Assembly: GCF_000281045.1 (NCBI RefSeq)
Contig: NW_008246118.1
Coordinates: 253,850-317,849 of the forward strand
DNA: 64,000 bases
Reading direction: 5' to 3'
Origin: Saprolegnia diclina VS20
Taxonomy: Eukaryota
In this document: positions 36,117 to 48,367 of the stretch, one piece after another
Numbering within the stretch: the first letter of the stretch is position 1
Layout: each line of letters starts with the position of its first letter
The notes under the pieces: model-generated
The model's input: only the letters and a program-made list of their open reading frames with translations
Told to the model about the DNA's origin: nothing
Database searches by the model: none
Made by a program: the position numbers and the translations under genes

Positions 36117-38119
36117 TCATGCGAGGCTCGCGCGGACAGGCACGGCCTTGGCGAACGTGGCACGCCCAAACGTGGCGTGGGCCAAGTCGCGTCCGATGGC
36201 CGCGAGGCTCTCAAAGCACTAGCCACAAGGTGAGTTTCGCGGTGATGTCAACCAAGAAGTCGCACGAGGCGCTCGCCTTGCACTTGGGGACAGGCGAGCG
36301 CGCAGACGTTGGCTTTGGACGCACACCTATGGAGCTTCGGCCTCGCACTTTACCAAGCATGGACGTACGTGCGATTCGCAAAGTGCTGGCGGGCGACGCG
36401 GCGCCACTCGGCCACGAGTGCTTTGGCCTGTGCACGCGACGACGTGGGCCCGACGCGAAGGCGGAGCTCGTAGCTCGAGTCGGGCGCCATGCGCTGATGC
36501 ATCTGAACCAAGTCCTACATCTCGATGCGCTAGGATGACGTGGCACACTGCGATGTCAACCTCTTCGACGGAGTCGGTTTCGAACGGGTTCCCTGGCGCC
36601 CGCTCGTGTAGCGTGAGCACTTGGACGTAGGGCGGCAGGTCGTCCTCGTCCGCACCGTAGACAGGACAGCGCTCGGTCGAAGGCCCCTCAAACGGGCGAT
36701 CTAGCTTCGTTCAGAGGGAAATGCGCCGGCCAAAGCGCTCTACCGAGTGTCAGGGACGTCGCGTTGGCGTCGACAACACCATAGACGCTCGTGCCAAGCA
36801 AGAGCCGCTTGTAGGCGAGGTACCGTCCGCCTGGCACGCGCACGGCAGCGACCACCGAGCCTTTCTCCACAGCAATGGGCGCGAGCTTCTCGGCGGTCGC
36901 ACTCAGTAGCGCAGCGTAGTGCCACGTGTCTCTCTCGGGCGCAGGCGCAGGCTGCGTCGCAGCCTAGAGCTTCATCAACACATTGCGTACTCTAGTGTCG
37001 GAGTGGCACCTGGCAGCGGCCCACCATGCTTGTGCAAAAGGCAGCCCACGCCGTCGACGCGCCGCCGTGCAGATGCACCTGATTACGCCACGTCATGAGA
37101 AAGGCCGGCGCCATGTAGGCTGACGGCAGAAACATCGCGTCATCGTCCAAGCTTAGGAGCGAGACAATCACGTCGTGCCAGCATACGAGCGAGAGGTCGA
37201 GTGACTGCCGCCACACGTCCAAGCGCTCGGCCAGCGCCGCGCGGTCCGCGACGTAGGGCAAGACGCGGTGAAGGCCGACAAGTGCCGAGGCCAGTGCGTC
37301 CTACGCGCGTCTGTCACGGCTAGTTTGCTGTTAATTCCAGTAGTACGTCGGTCGTGGGCTCGTCGCCAAAGTGAGGCTTCTCGGCGTGCTGCAGCAGCGC
37401 TTGTACAATGGCGTCAGAGCTCGCGTTGGCCGAGAGCGTTGTGAGCTGGAGCGTGCCGAGCGCTGTCAAGCCGGCCTTGTCGCGGAGCCGCGGGTCGCAT
37501 TGTCGCCTCAAGAGCGCCTCAACGACGTCAGCGTAGCCTGCTAAGGCGGCGTAGTGGAGGCTCGTCCGACCAAACTAAGAGCGGTAGTACGTCAGCAAGA
37601 GGAGGTCGGCGAGCGTTCGTACGAGGTCCACCGCGTTCACGTCCAAGCCCATGGTATCGACGAGGAAGCACACTGTCGCGGCTTTGGCGCTCTCCTTGGC
37701 CAAGCTGCGCTCGACGGTCGCGTGTAGAAGGGTGAACCTACGCCGTCAGGCTTGTCAAGAGGAAGAAGCAAGGCGGCGGTGTACCCGCGCTTGTCCCGAA
37801 GGCTCTTCGGGTCGAGACGCCAGTGCGCGGGCCCGCTGCGCGTCTGGATGCTGCCCGTCTCCCACCACGTCGTCAGCCCCTCGACTTTGCCGCCCGTTGC
37901 GTGGTCGAAGAGCGCAGTGAGGACGCGGCCGGCCGTGTTCTTTGCAAACGTGCACTCGGCGCTCGCTCGACACATGGCCTGCTCGGCGTCTCTCGCCGCT
38001 AGAAGATCGTGGAGCTGCTGCTCGAGCTGCGACGCGTAGCGCTCCAGCACGTCGTACGTCGGCGCCTCCGGATGCGCCAGGCGTGCTTGGCACGCATCAA
38101 TCAGCTGCTCGGCGCCCAT
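36117..38119 (-). CDS. Ankyrin-repeat protein with uncharacterised C-terminal region; multi-exon
   Basis: Ankyrin motifs LDVNAVDL-FGRTSLHYAA..GY..VV..LL and RDKAGLTAL. Downstream exons join via about 47 nt introns; the 3' end is less certain. Confidence 0.6.
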
Positions 38120-38315
38120 GCGAACGCCTTTCTGACTAAACGCACGCAACCCGCGAAAGTGCAACCTGGTCTGTGACCGCGCCGGCAAGCACCGTTGGCC
38201 GCCTCGCATGGCTAACAAGGGCAGTGGTGGACTCTCGACGCGTCGTGCTGCCAAGCGACGCGCCCGCGATCTTGCGTCTTTTTAGCCCCTTGAGGTTTTG
38301 GTCGTTTTGTCGCGG

Positions 38316-40982
38316 ATGGCAACGACCAAGTCCTCGGTCGTGCCCGCCGAGGCCCCGCGCTCGCCTCGGCGGCCGACCAAACTCGTGCGCAGCTTCACCG
38401 AGCGCGCGTTCACCGGACTCCGCATCGATCCCAACGAGCAGATTGCCCGAGCGGGTACGTGCACGCCGGCTTGCCACGTATGCTACCTTTGTCGTAGCGA
38501 AAAGCGTCCTCATCCCCAAGGAAGAGATCGAGATCTTTCACTCGCCCGACACCGGGGCGTCGCCGTACATGCTTCACCCCAACTCGGTCTTCCGGCGCGT
38601 CTGGGACGTCTGTGCTGCGTGCTCGGTGGTTTGCGTCTGCCTGCTCGTGCGACCACGACGCAGTTTCTTAGTCGACTAAGATCCACGCCTGTAGACCCCA
38701 CTTGAGCTCGGGTTCCAGAACGCGGATTGGCGCCAGCTCTCCGCCCTCGGAACGTTCTTGGACGTCTTCTTCGTCACGGGTACTGACTTGGTCGCTCCAT
38801 GCAGGCGCTGGAGATAGCCTTAGACATGGTGCTCACCTTCCGCACCGGGTACCTTATCTCGGGCGAGATCGTCATGAACCAGCGGCTCGTCATGTGGCAC
38901 TATGCCGAGTCGTGGCTGCTCATCGACTGCCTCTCCAACTTCCCGTTCTACCTCTTCTACTCGCACGCAAACCAGTCGTCGGTCAAGTTTCTCAAGCTCC
39001 AGAAGATCCCGAAAATGCTGCGCTTTGCCCGCCTCCTCAAGTACATGCGGCAGTACGCCAAGTACTACAACTTTGTGTTGGTCGTCGTCGCGATTGTCAT
39101 CAGCCTCCACGTCCTCACGTAATACGAGCGAGACGAGTCGTCCCGTGGCGAGTCTCTGTAGGTGCTTGTGGGCGAGTCTCTTCGACCAGTGCATCAAGAA
39201 CGTCTATGATGCGTCGACCAACCAGACGTACTGCGACGACACGCAGGTAGATACAAGCCGCAGGCAGACGCTTGACACTGGACAGATGGAGCCCATGTAC
39301 CTCGAGGCGCTTCTCAACGTCCTCATGCTCTACACGTCGCTTGGCGAGTACTCGACGTACGCGAGCATCGGCAACCTCGAGAGCCCGCTCGCGCGCGCGA
39401 CGCCGACCGTCTACCTTCTCTCGTAACTGTCTATCATTGTCTATCGTAAACTATCGCGTTAGGATCTGCATCGTCGTGCTTGGGCTCGTGAGCATCGCCG
39501 TCTTCTTGGCCAACATCATCTCGATCTTCATCAGGTGAAGGAGAAGAAGACCGAGAATCTGGTTGGCACCACAGTGACTAGTTGGGACCAGCAGAGCGCG
39601 CAGTTTCGGAATCGCATGGACATCATCAGCGCCGAGATGAAGCATTACGAGATCCCGCTCGAGCTCCAAGTAGCCGACTGCTCCATGTCCTCCTTGCCAC
39701 CAACATTGTCCTCGTAGCGCCGCGTCAAGCGCAACTACGACTACCTCTGGATCAACGTACGATGTCCTTTGGAAAGCCACTGACAGTCGACAAAATAGCA
39801 ACGCGCGTACTCGGAGATGACGCTGCTCTCGCAACGGGGTATCTCCAAGAGCCTTCGGACGACGATCGCGCTCTTTTTGTACAAGGACCTCCTCGAGACA
39901 GTCCCGTTCTTTGCTGGCGAAAATGCCAAGCTCCTCGGCCGCGTACCTCCGACTTGCGATGGCGATGGTGAGCAATAGTGCGTTAGATCTGCCTTCTGCT
40001 CGAGACGGCCGTGTACTTGCCTGGCGACTTGATCATCCAAGTCGACGACCTCGGCAAAGAAATGTTCATCGTGCGGCGCGGTGTTGTCGAGATTCTGATT
40101 GCAAATCGGCCGGAGAACGCGCCACGTATTTTGCTCAAGGACGGAGCTTTCTTTGGCGAGACGGCGCTCGTCGTGGAAGTCCGTCGCACGTCGTCCGTGC
40201 AGTCGGTGACCGTCACGGACCTCAACGTCCTCAACAAGCAGGTAGCCCCCAACAAGCCTTATTTGGAACTAGATTCATCTAGGCGTTTGACGAGATTATC
40301 GCGGAATTTCCAGATTTTTTCCAGAAAATGAAACGCATTGTGGTCCAGCGCCAGATGGACAATATGGTCTGTTACATAGCGGACAGTGTTATAACTGAAA
40401 ACCGCGTAGCACATCTCGAACGACGCCGACAAGACCGTGATCGAGCGCGAGCTGAACGCAGTCATCGACCACTCGCTGACACAGCGAGCGAGCGACGTCT
40501 CGTCCCCTTACTGGCGCTACTCCGAGGCCAACAAGACAGGCAACAAGCTCAAGCGCATCGCCGAGCGCCTCAAGCACTCGGAGCAGACGACGGTCGTCCC
40601 GATCACTCGCCCCAAGCGGCGGAAACGGAGCAGCGCACTGCGGGTGTTGACCGGCTTGAGTGTCTTTAGCCACAACCCGATCAAGTCCGCGCTCGCCAAG
40701 AAGCCAAGCTTCCTTCGCCAACCAGTGACTCGGCGCACGACCGAACCGGCTGTGAGTGGCGCCACCGAGACACCAGAAGCCGAGCTGCAACCGAGTCTGA
40801 CCACAATTAGCCAGCGGCTACGGGTCGTCGAGGCGTCGATCGCAGCACTGCCGACGTACATGACGGCCTTGCAGACAACCATGCAGCAGCTCCAAGCCGA
40901 CCTTGCGCGTCTGCAAGCTGCCTCGACGCCAACCGAATTACCGTCCCTTCACGTGTCCCCTCTCCATCCTGCGATGCAGTAA
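38316..40982 (+). CDS. Cyclic-nucleotide-binding-domain ion channel with non-canonical pore (tandem copy 1); multi-exon
   Basis: HPNSVFRRVWD, FRTGY, Lys-rich S4 KFLKLQKIPKMLRFARLLK, C-linker RVKRNYDYLW, and CNBD GKEMFIV...FFGETAL..EVRRT. Confidence 0.85.
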
Positions 40983-41066
40983 TGTACATATATTTTATCT
41001 ACCGAATTTGTCCCTAGTCTTTTTTGTCTTTTCTACGGCCTGTTACGAAACGGTGACGCAGTTTGC

Positions 41067-43895
41067 ATGAAGGCGGGAACCAGCAACAAGGTGGCGCCGG
41101 GTCCGAGCACGAGCCAGGTGCCACCGGACGGCGACAGCCACGAAGCCGAGGGCGAGTATGCTGAGAACGTACGCGCCAAGGCGCTCTGGCAGCGCGTCGT
41201 CTCGCTCACGCTGCCGCGCCCTGACGTGGAGATCATCGACATTTACCACCGGCGGACGCTCCCGCAGCTGCTCATGGTCCACCCCAACTCGAGCTTTCGG
41301 CGAGCGTGGGACTTGAGCATCGCCGCGGCCGTCATCTACGTCTGCATCATGGTACGGGGCCATTGCGATTTGAGATTGAGATTCAGCGTAGACACCGGCG
41401 TCGCTCGGCTTTGACTTTGTCGCGTGGGGCTCGAACGTCGCATCCTTCGAGTCGTTCTTGGATGCGTGCTTTGTCTGCGGTAGCCTCATCACGGCCGCTT
41501 TTGAGATTGAGATTCGAGTGTAGATATGGTGCTATCGTTCCGGACCGGGTACTACGAGAACGGCGAGCTGCACATGGAGGCGCGTGTCGTCGCGCGGCAC
41601 TACCTCCGCTCGTGGTTCATCGTCGACTTTGTCTCCAACTTCCCCCTGAGCTACGTGATTCCGTCGAGCAACAAGCGCCAGACGTCGGTCAAGATCCTCA
41701 AACTGCAGAAAATACCCAAGTTACTGCGCTTTGGCGTCCTCCTCAAGTACATGCGGCAGTACGCCAAGTACTACCACCTCCTCGTCACGGGCATCACCAT
41801 GTCGCTCGGCCTCCACATCTTTACGTGCGTCTTCTCGCATGGCATCTCAGAACTGATTCATAGTGTAGCTGCATCTGGGCCAACATCTTCAACAATTGCT
41901 ACGCCGACGTGACGCTCTGCAGCGACTGGGACACGGTGCGTCTCTCGTCTTGAAATGGTATTATAGAAAAAGGACTAGGCGTCGAGTATTTACGCCGAGT
42001 CGTTCCATAATGTCCTTCTCACGTTTCTCGGCATCGCCGAAGCCTCTTCGTTCCAGATGACGTCGCAGCTCGCGTCGCCATTCGAGACGTATCGACCGAA
42101 CATGTACACGCTCAGGTACGACCGATGAGACCGTACTGGACGCCAATGACGATTTAGCTCGTTCATCGCGCTCTTTGGAGTGCTCAACTGCGCACTCCTC
42201 TTCGGCCACACCCTCACACTGCTCCTCAGGTAACAGCAGGTGTATGAAGGAGCGACTACACTCGGAGGCGCGTAGCTGGGACCAACAAAGCTCGACGTTC
42301 CGTAATCGCATGGACGTCATCTCGTCAGAAATGAAGTACTACGACCTGCCCGCGGACCTCCAGGTAGATGACGACAAGGTGTCCAAAGTACCAAACGACA
42401 ATACATGGCTAGCACCGCGTCAAGCGCAACTACGACTACCTCTGGATCAACGTGCGCAATTCCATGATCCACATACATGTCTCATAGTACTGCGTGCTAG
42501 CAACGCGCGTACTCGGACATGACGCTGCTCAACCAACCGGGCTTGTCCAAACCGCTGCGCACAACGATCGCGCTGCACTTGTACAAGGACTTGCTCAACA
42601 CCGTGCCGATCTTTGCCGGCTCGGACGGACGCTTCCTCGGCAAAGTGTGCATGGCGCTCGACACGGCCGTGTACCTTCCCGCCGGTACCCTGTCATTTTT
42701 GTCGTAGGACTATTGCACATGGGTGGGTAGACGTGATCATTCACCAAGACGACATTGGCCGCGAAATGTTTATTGTGCGAAAGGGGACCGTCGAAGTGCT
42801 GCCGCCGCGGGCCAAGACGAGCGCGCTGCACCCGATCATGCGCAAGCTCCGGTCGACCAAGGACGGCGCGCGCATCCTGCTCAAAGACGGGGATTTCTTT
42901 GGGGAGACGGCGCTCGTCGCCGAAGTCCGTCGCACGAACACGGTCGTCGCGGACTCGATCTGTGACCTCAACGTCCTCAGCAAGCACGTACGTTGGTTGT
43001 ATCCTCGCAGGCCGACTCGGTTCCGGCGTAGGCGTTCAACGAAATCTTGGCCGAGTACCCTGAGTTTGGCGTCAAAATGAAAAAGTCGGTCGTCGCGCGC
43101 CAGCTCGCCAACATGGTAGTATCTCGTGTGCAATCTCAATGTCAATCTCAATCATGCAAATAGAACTTTCAGTCGTCGACAGCCAAGCTCAAGGTCGAGA
43201 CGGAGCTCAACCACCTCGTCGACAAGTCGCTCATGCGCCGTCGCTTTGACATGTCCTTCAAGGGCATTTACCGCTCCAAACGCATGGCTGACAAGCTCCA
43301 AGCGATCCAGGACCGGAACCGACGCGCAGAAGCCAAACCCGCTCGTAAATCCATTATCCAAGGGCTCATGGCGCGCAAGGCGTCGGTCACCCAGCTTCTC
43401 AGTCGACGGGGCTTTGTGCTCAAGCCATCGCCGTCCGGGAAGAACGTGATAGAGCAACTCGACACGCCCCCCGGACCCCCTTCCGCCCCCCCGCCAGGCC
43501 AAGAGCTCCCGCCACCACCGGACCCGCCGTCCGTCGTAGTGGACGAGTCGCGTCTCGCGTCGTTGACGTCCGAGCCATTGCCCGCCAGCGATATGGTGCC
43601 AATGGCGCTTCTTGAAATCAACCGCATGGTCGCCGACATCAAGAAGGCTATGGACAAGGTCCAGCGGAAGATCGCACAGCAGGCGCGACAGAGCTTGGAC
43701 GGCGACGACGACGATGACAGTGACAGCGACGACGTGGCGGACGACGACGACGGCGCTCGGAGTTCTCCAATGGCGTTGTCGAGATCCCGCTTCAAGCTGG
43801 GCACCGAGCCGCCGATTCTAGAGGCCAACGAAGAAGACCACTCGATGCCGGCCCACAGTGATGCAGAGCCGAAAGCGCCAAGCTCTGAGTTTTAA
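41067..43895 (+). CDS. Cyclic-nucleotide-binding-domain ion channel with non-canonical pore (tandem copy 2); multi-exon
   Basis: Same motif series and largely the same intron positions as the upstream gene (KLQKIPK, KYMRQYAKYY, WDQQS..FRNRMD, FFGETAL..EVRRT). Confidence 0.85.
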
Positions 43896-43935
43896 GCTCT
43901 AAGCTCTAAGCTCTGAGTTTTAAGCTATAAGCTGC
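43880..43935. repeat. Short imperfect tandem repeat with an AAGCTCT / AAGCTCTGAGTTTT unit
   Basis: aagctctgagtttt aagctct aagctct aagctctgagtttt aagctat aagctgc, read directly; it spans the stop codon of the channel gene. Confidence 0.85.
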
Positions 43936-44046
43936 AAGGAATGAGTTCAAGCTCTACAAAGTCGCGATAAAACCCATTTGCATATCCGAGGTTAGGTTTG
44001 GTTGCGGCGTAAACTAGACACAAGACACACGGTCGCACGCGAAATA

Positions 44047-45201
44047 TTATTTCATTTCAGTGCGCGCAAACTCGTCCCACGCGCTGTTGACCGCGTCAAA
44101 GATGCGCTCGGCGATGACGAGCTGCTCGGCCGTGCGGCCGCCAGCCTTGTCCGGGTGCACGACCATGATCGCGCGCCGGTACTGCTTCTTGACGTCGTTG
44201 GGCGTGAGGAGCTTGCCCATGTTCACTTCGGTCCACTTGGCGTCCGGCCACAGGATCTGGTGCATCGTCGAAATGAGCGTCCGAATGTTCTTCTTCCGGC
44301 CATTGTCTTCGGCCCAGTTCTTGAGCTTGGGCCCGAGCGCACCTACGGCATTGGCCTTGGCGGCCTCGAGCTGCGTCTTGGCCTGGTCGCGCGCGAGGAG
44401 CTCGAGCCGCGCGCGCTCAATGTCGGCGGCCTTCTGCTGCTCGCGCTGCTCCATCGCCTCGCGCACGTCGGCAGACTTGGTCGACTTGTCGACCAGGTCC
44501 GGGTTGTACACGTTGGTGCCATCGGCCGACACTTCGTGCTTGGCCATATCCGCGAGCGAGACAGGGCCGACGGTCTGGTTGCAGTCGTCATTAAAGTCCT
44601 TTGGTGGCGCCGATGCTGCTACAGGTGGCGGGCTCGGTCGTCTTACCGGGGCCGCTTTTGGAGCTGCCTTGGGCGCCGTCCACGTCGAGCCACCGCCCAT
44701 GAGGTCGACTGGCGCCGCCGGCGCAGGCTTGGGCGCGCCGGCTAAAAAGTCTTCAAACGACTCGCTGCTCTCTTTGGGCTTGACTTCTTGTTTCGGGGGC
44801 GCCGAGGCCGGGCGCGCTGAAGGCTTGGGCTCATCCGAGTACTTGGTCGGCCGCTTTGCGTCGCGGGGCTTGGCCGCGTCGGTCGCCATGCTGTACACGG
44901 GCTTGCGCTGGAGGACGAGGCCCTTCTTTGTTGGGCGTACGTGGCGCAGCACCTTGCAGATGACGCGGCCATTCACGAGCGGGACCGTCGCCGTCGGCGC
45001 CGTGACGTCGATCCAGTAAAAGGTCTCGCCGTGGTTGAGGCGGAAGCGAAAGTGGAAGCCGGCAGGCGACCCAAGGGGGAAGTGGGCGTGCACGTCGCCC
45101 AGCGTGAGCTCGCCCGACTTGGGGATGCGGAACGCGTTCGGGTGCGACCGGTCCTCGCCGTCCTCGGCCTGGAGGTAGTAGAACGCCCACGTCTCGGCCA
45201 T
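44047..45201 (-). CDS. Auxilin-like J-domain protein with N-terminal DIX-like domain, single exon
   Basis: C-terminal auxilin-type NIRTLISTMHQILW...VKKQYRRAIMVVHPDK. N-terminal FYY...HPNAF.IP...LTLGDV...FP....FHFRF.....YW.DV...VPL.NG.V..KV (DIX-like). Confidence 0.8.
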   Translation of the reverse strand: MAETWAFYYLQAEDGEDRSHPNAFRIPKSGELTLGDVHAHFPLGSPAGFHFRFRLNHGETFYWIDVTAPTATVPLVNGRVICKVLRHVRPTKKGLVLQRKPVYSMATDAAKPRDAKRPTKYSDEPKPSARPASAPPKQEVKPKESSESFEDFLAGAPKPAPAAPVDLMGGGSTWTAPKAAPKAAPVRRPSPPPVAASAPPKDFNDDCNQTVGPVSLADMAKHEVSADGTNVYNPDLVDKSTKSADVREAMEQREQQKAADIERARLELLARDQAKTQLEAAKANAVGALGPKLKNWAEDNGRKKNIRTLISTMHQILWPDAKWTEVNMGKLLTPNDVKKQYRRAIMVVHPDKAGGRTAEQLVIAERIFDAVNSAWDEFARTEMK

Positions 45202-45565
45202 CGTCCTCAAAGATCTGGCAGTCGGTCGGTTTTGGCTGGCGGTCCGCCTAAGTGCGCTTTTCATGTTTTTGTGGCGGCATATGCCACATTTAACGGTGCG
45301 ACCTCTGTGGCGCCGCGTGGCGATGCCCACACGTCTCCGCGAGATGCATAGCGTTCACGCTTAGTACCCGACGCGACCGCATAGCTCTTTCTTCTGCTCG
45401 GTATGTGCACCATTGCGTGAACTCGCAGTGGCGGGGTTGGTGCCGAAAATAAAGACATGAGTGCCGAATCCAAGACGCCGCGTGCCGAATTCAAAGCCCC
45501 GAGTTGGGAGCCAATCAACTCGGGCCGTGCTGCGGAGCCAAACTCAAAATCAAAAACGGACTACA

Positions 45566-46536
45566 ATGGCCCGCCAGAACGACGATGAGCTCGAGATGAA
45601 CTGGGCCGCGGAAGACGTGGCCGTCGCCAGCGACGCCTCGGACGTCGAGGTCGAAGACGAGGACGACGATGGCAACGACGACGACGCGGCTGTCGAGGAG
45701 ACCAAGCAGCCGGAGCCCAAGAAGCGCAAGGCCGAGGCTGAGCCGGCGACCAAGGAGGCCAAGAAGCCCAAGGCGCAGAAGCCCAAGAAGGCGCTGCACA
45801 ACCTGACGCAAGCCGATCACTTCAAGATCGTCAACGACGTGTACATGAAGCACTACGGCGACAGCCTCACGCCGGCCGAGATCGCCGACGGCCTCACGGG
45901 TACGTCGCGGTCCATTGAGCCTCCACTCACGCCTGCCATCTTCCTGTAGAGAGCCACTTTACCGTCCTCAAGCAGTTTGGCAAGCACACGCTTGAGAGCT
46001 ACACGCGCTTCCTTCGCGCGCTCTGCCCCGAGTGGAAGTTCCTCTTCCGCGGCAAGGGCATCAAGGACAAGCGCAGCCCGCTGCTGCTCATCGTCTGCTC
46101 GTCCGCGCTGCGAGCGGTCGAGATTGGCAAGTACGACGTGTGGTCGTAAGCGCGAGAGATGCATCTTGTCGTAGGGCCATTGCAAGCTTCAAGTGCCATG
46201 TCGCCAAGCTCTTTGCCAAGCATTTGAAGCTCGAGGAGCAGGTCGAGATGCTCAAGCGTTTCCACCCGATCGCGATCGGGACGCCCGGCCGGATAAAGAC
46301 GCTCCTGGAGATGAAGGCGCTCTCGCTCGAGTGCACGTCGCACGTCGTGCTCGACATGCACTTGTACGACACCGAGATATCTGCCGATTGAATCTGAATC
46401 TCAATTTGGCGATAGGGACTCGAAGAACATGTCGCTCCTCGAGCTCAAGGACACGTCCAAGGACACGATCGACTGCATTCGCGAGTCGCTCCTGCCGCGC
46501 ATTGCCGCCAACAAGCTCTCGATCGCGCTCTACTAA
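45566..46536 (+). CDS. CMSS1: CMS1/CMSS1 90S pre-ribosome factor-like protein; multi-exon
   Basis: Acidic/basic N-terminus, then SPLLLIVCSSALRA, VAKLFAKHLKLEEQV..L, IGTPGRI..L and VVLD. Confidence 0.8.
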
Positions 46537-46643
46537 ACCCTAACCGCCTAGATTTCTGCTCGTATATTCACGGAGAATGGGGTTTCAAGGTTGAAAAGAC
46601 GAGCTACAGAAGTAAAGGGTAGAGTACACGAGACAGCGGCGGC

Positions 46644-48007
46644 TCAGGGCGGAACGCTGCCGTCGACTGCGCGCACGAGGCGCTGGGTCGCCTTGACGGC
46701 GTTCATGGCGGCCTTGAGCTTTCGCCGGGCGTTGAACCGGCGCAGCTCGTCGAGCGCGCTGCTCAGTTGCACCGTTGACGTCTACAGCAGAAAACATCAG
46801 CCATTGCCGGTGACACCATCCCGTCCTACCTCGCTGCCGACGATCCACGGGTGCTCGAGCAGCATGGCCGCGGTCGCCCTAGGAGCACGCGGCGGATCCC
46901 TTACATGGATCTTAGCTCGCCACGTACCGGTCGGCCGGGCGCACCGTGAGCATTTTCGAGATGAAGTCTTTGGCGTCGTCCGAGATGGCGTCCCAGTACG
47001 GCGAGTCAAAGACGAAGGCACCGCGCTTGATCTTGCGGAAGAGCGCGTTATGGTTGTCATCGTGGAAGGGCGGGTAGCCGCAGAGCAGGATGTACGTGAT
47101 GACGCCGATCGACCAAATGTCGACCGCCTTGCCGTACGGGCCGGCCTCGAGAATCTCGGGCGCCACGTACCCCGGGGTGCCGCACGCGGTCGTCAAGCCC
47201 TCGGTGTCGCTGCCGACCTTTTTCGCAAAGCCAAAGTCGGCGAGCTTGATCGACGCATCGTCCGTCGTCGACGTGAGCAGGAGGTTCTCGGGCTACAAAG
47301 TTATATCTTAAGGGCGCGAGGGAAGCGCGGTCGCACCTTGAGGTCGCGATGGACGACGTTGATGTCGTGGCAGTACCGCACGGCTTCGAGCAGCAATTTG
47401 ACCAAGTCCCGCGCCTCCCGCTCCGTGTAGTACGACTACAACGTGTGAGCTGCGGAGGGTAGTGAGAGGGACTTGAAACCTTCTCGACGATCCGGTCAAA
47501 GAGCTCGCCGCCGTCCATGAGCTCGGTCACGAGGTAATAGTATTCAGGCTCGGAGAAGAAGTCGTGGAGGATCATAATGTTCGGGTGCTTCATCTGTGCA
47601 GAGATTCTACATGCGTGGCTTCGTGGACGGTTAATTACCTGCTTGAGGATGACGACTTCGGTCGTCAGCGCCTGGATCTCGTCGACCGTCAGCCCTGCCT
47701 TCTTGATGCACTTGATCGCATACTTTTGGCCCGTGGGTTTGTGGATGGCTTCTTTGACCGTCGAGAACGTCCCGGCGCCAATGACCTTGCCGAGCGTGTA
47801 CTGCTGCTCAAAGCCAATGCCAAAGGGCTCGGCTTCGACAGGCGGCGCGAGCACGACCGCCTCGGGCGCGCTGGTCGGCGCCGCAATCGCCACGCTGCTC
47901 GCAATGCTCTTGGCTATCGACGCTCGGCGCGGTGGCAGCACCAACGACGACCGGTGGCTCTCGCCCGGCGGCGGCTGCAGCGCGGCCGTCGACTCGACGC
48001 ACCCCAT
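46644..48007 (-). CDS. CaMK1-like Ser/Thr kinase, predicted active, N-terminal MGC; multi-exon
   Basis: IGAGTFSTV, YAIKC, GGELFDRIVEK, HRDLK-PEN, ADFGFAK, TTACGTPGYVAPE and C-terminal LRRFNARRKLKAA. Confidence 0.92.
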
Positions 48008-48367
48008 CGCGCAATACGTTCTTAGTTGCTAACTGCGCAAAAAAGGCCCACGGTATTGAAATCCCACCGTGGGAAATACGCAATTACACACGCCACTGGA
48101 CGCAGATCCCGTTTGCGCTGCACTGACGTGGCAGCTCATCGTGCGCGAACCTGAGTTTGCACTTGTGCATTACGATCGCCTCCACCACCTCGACGTGAGA
48201 TCGATGGAAAGAGGCTCGTGTTCGGTCGTCGTGAAGCGCCAAGGTGCTGTGCCAGATCCGTGGCGCCAGTGCTGACCATACGACGTGTGATTTTCACGTG
48301 AAAAACGAGCGGCCCGACCCGTTACGCACGCGTTCCAGCAACGGGCTTAAGCACAGAACGAGTCGGG

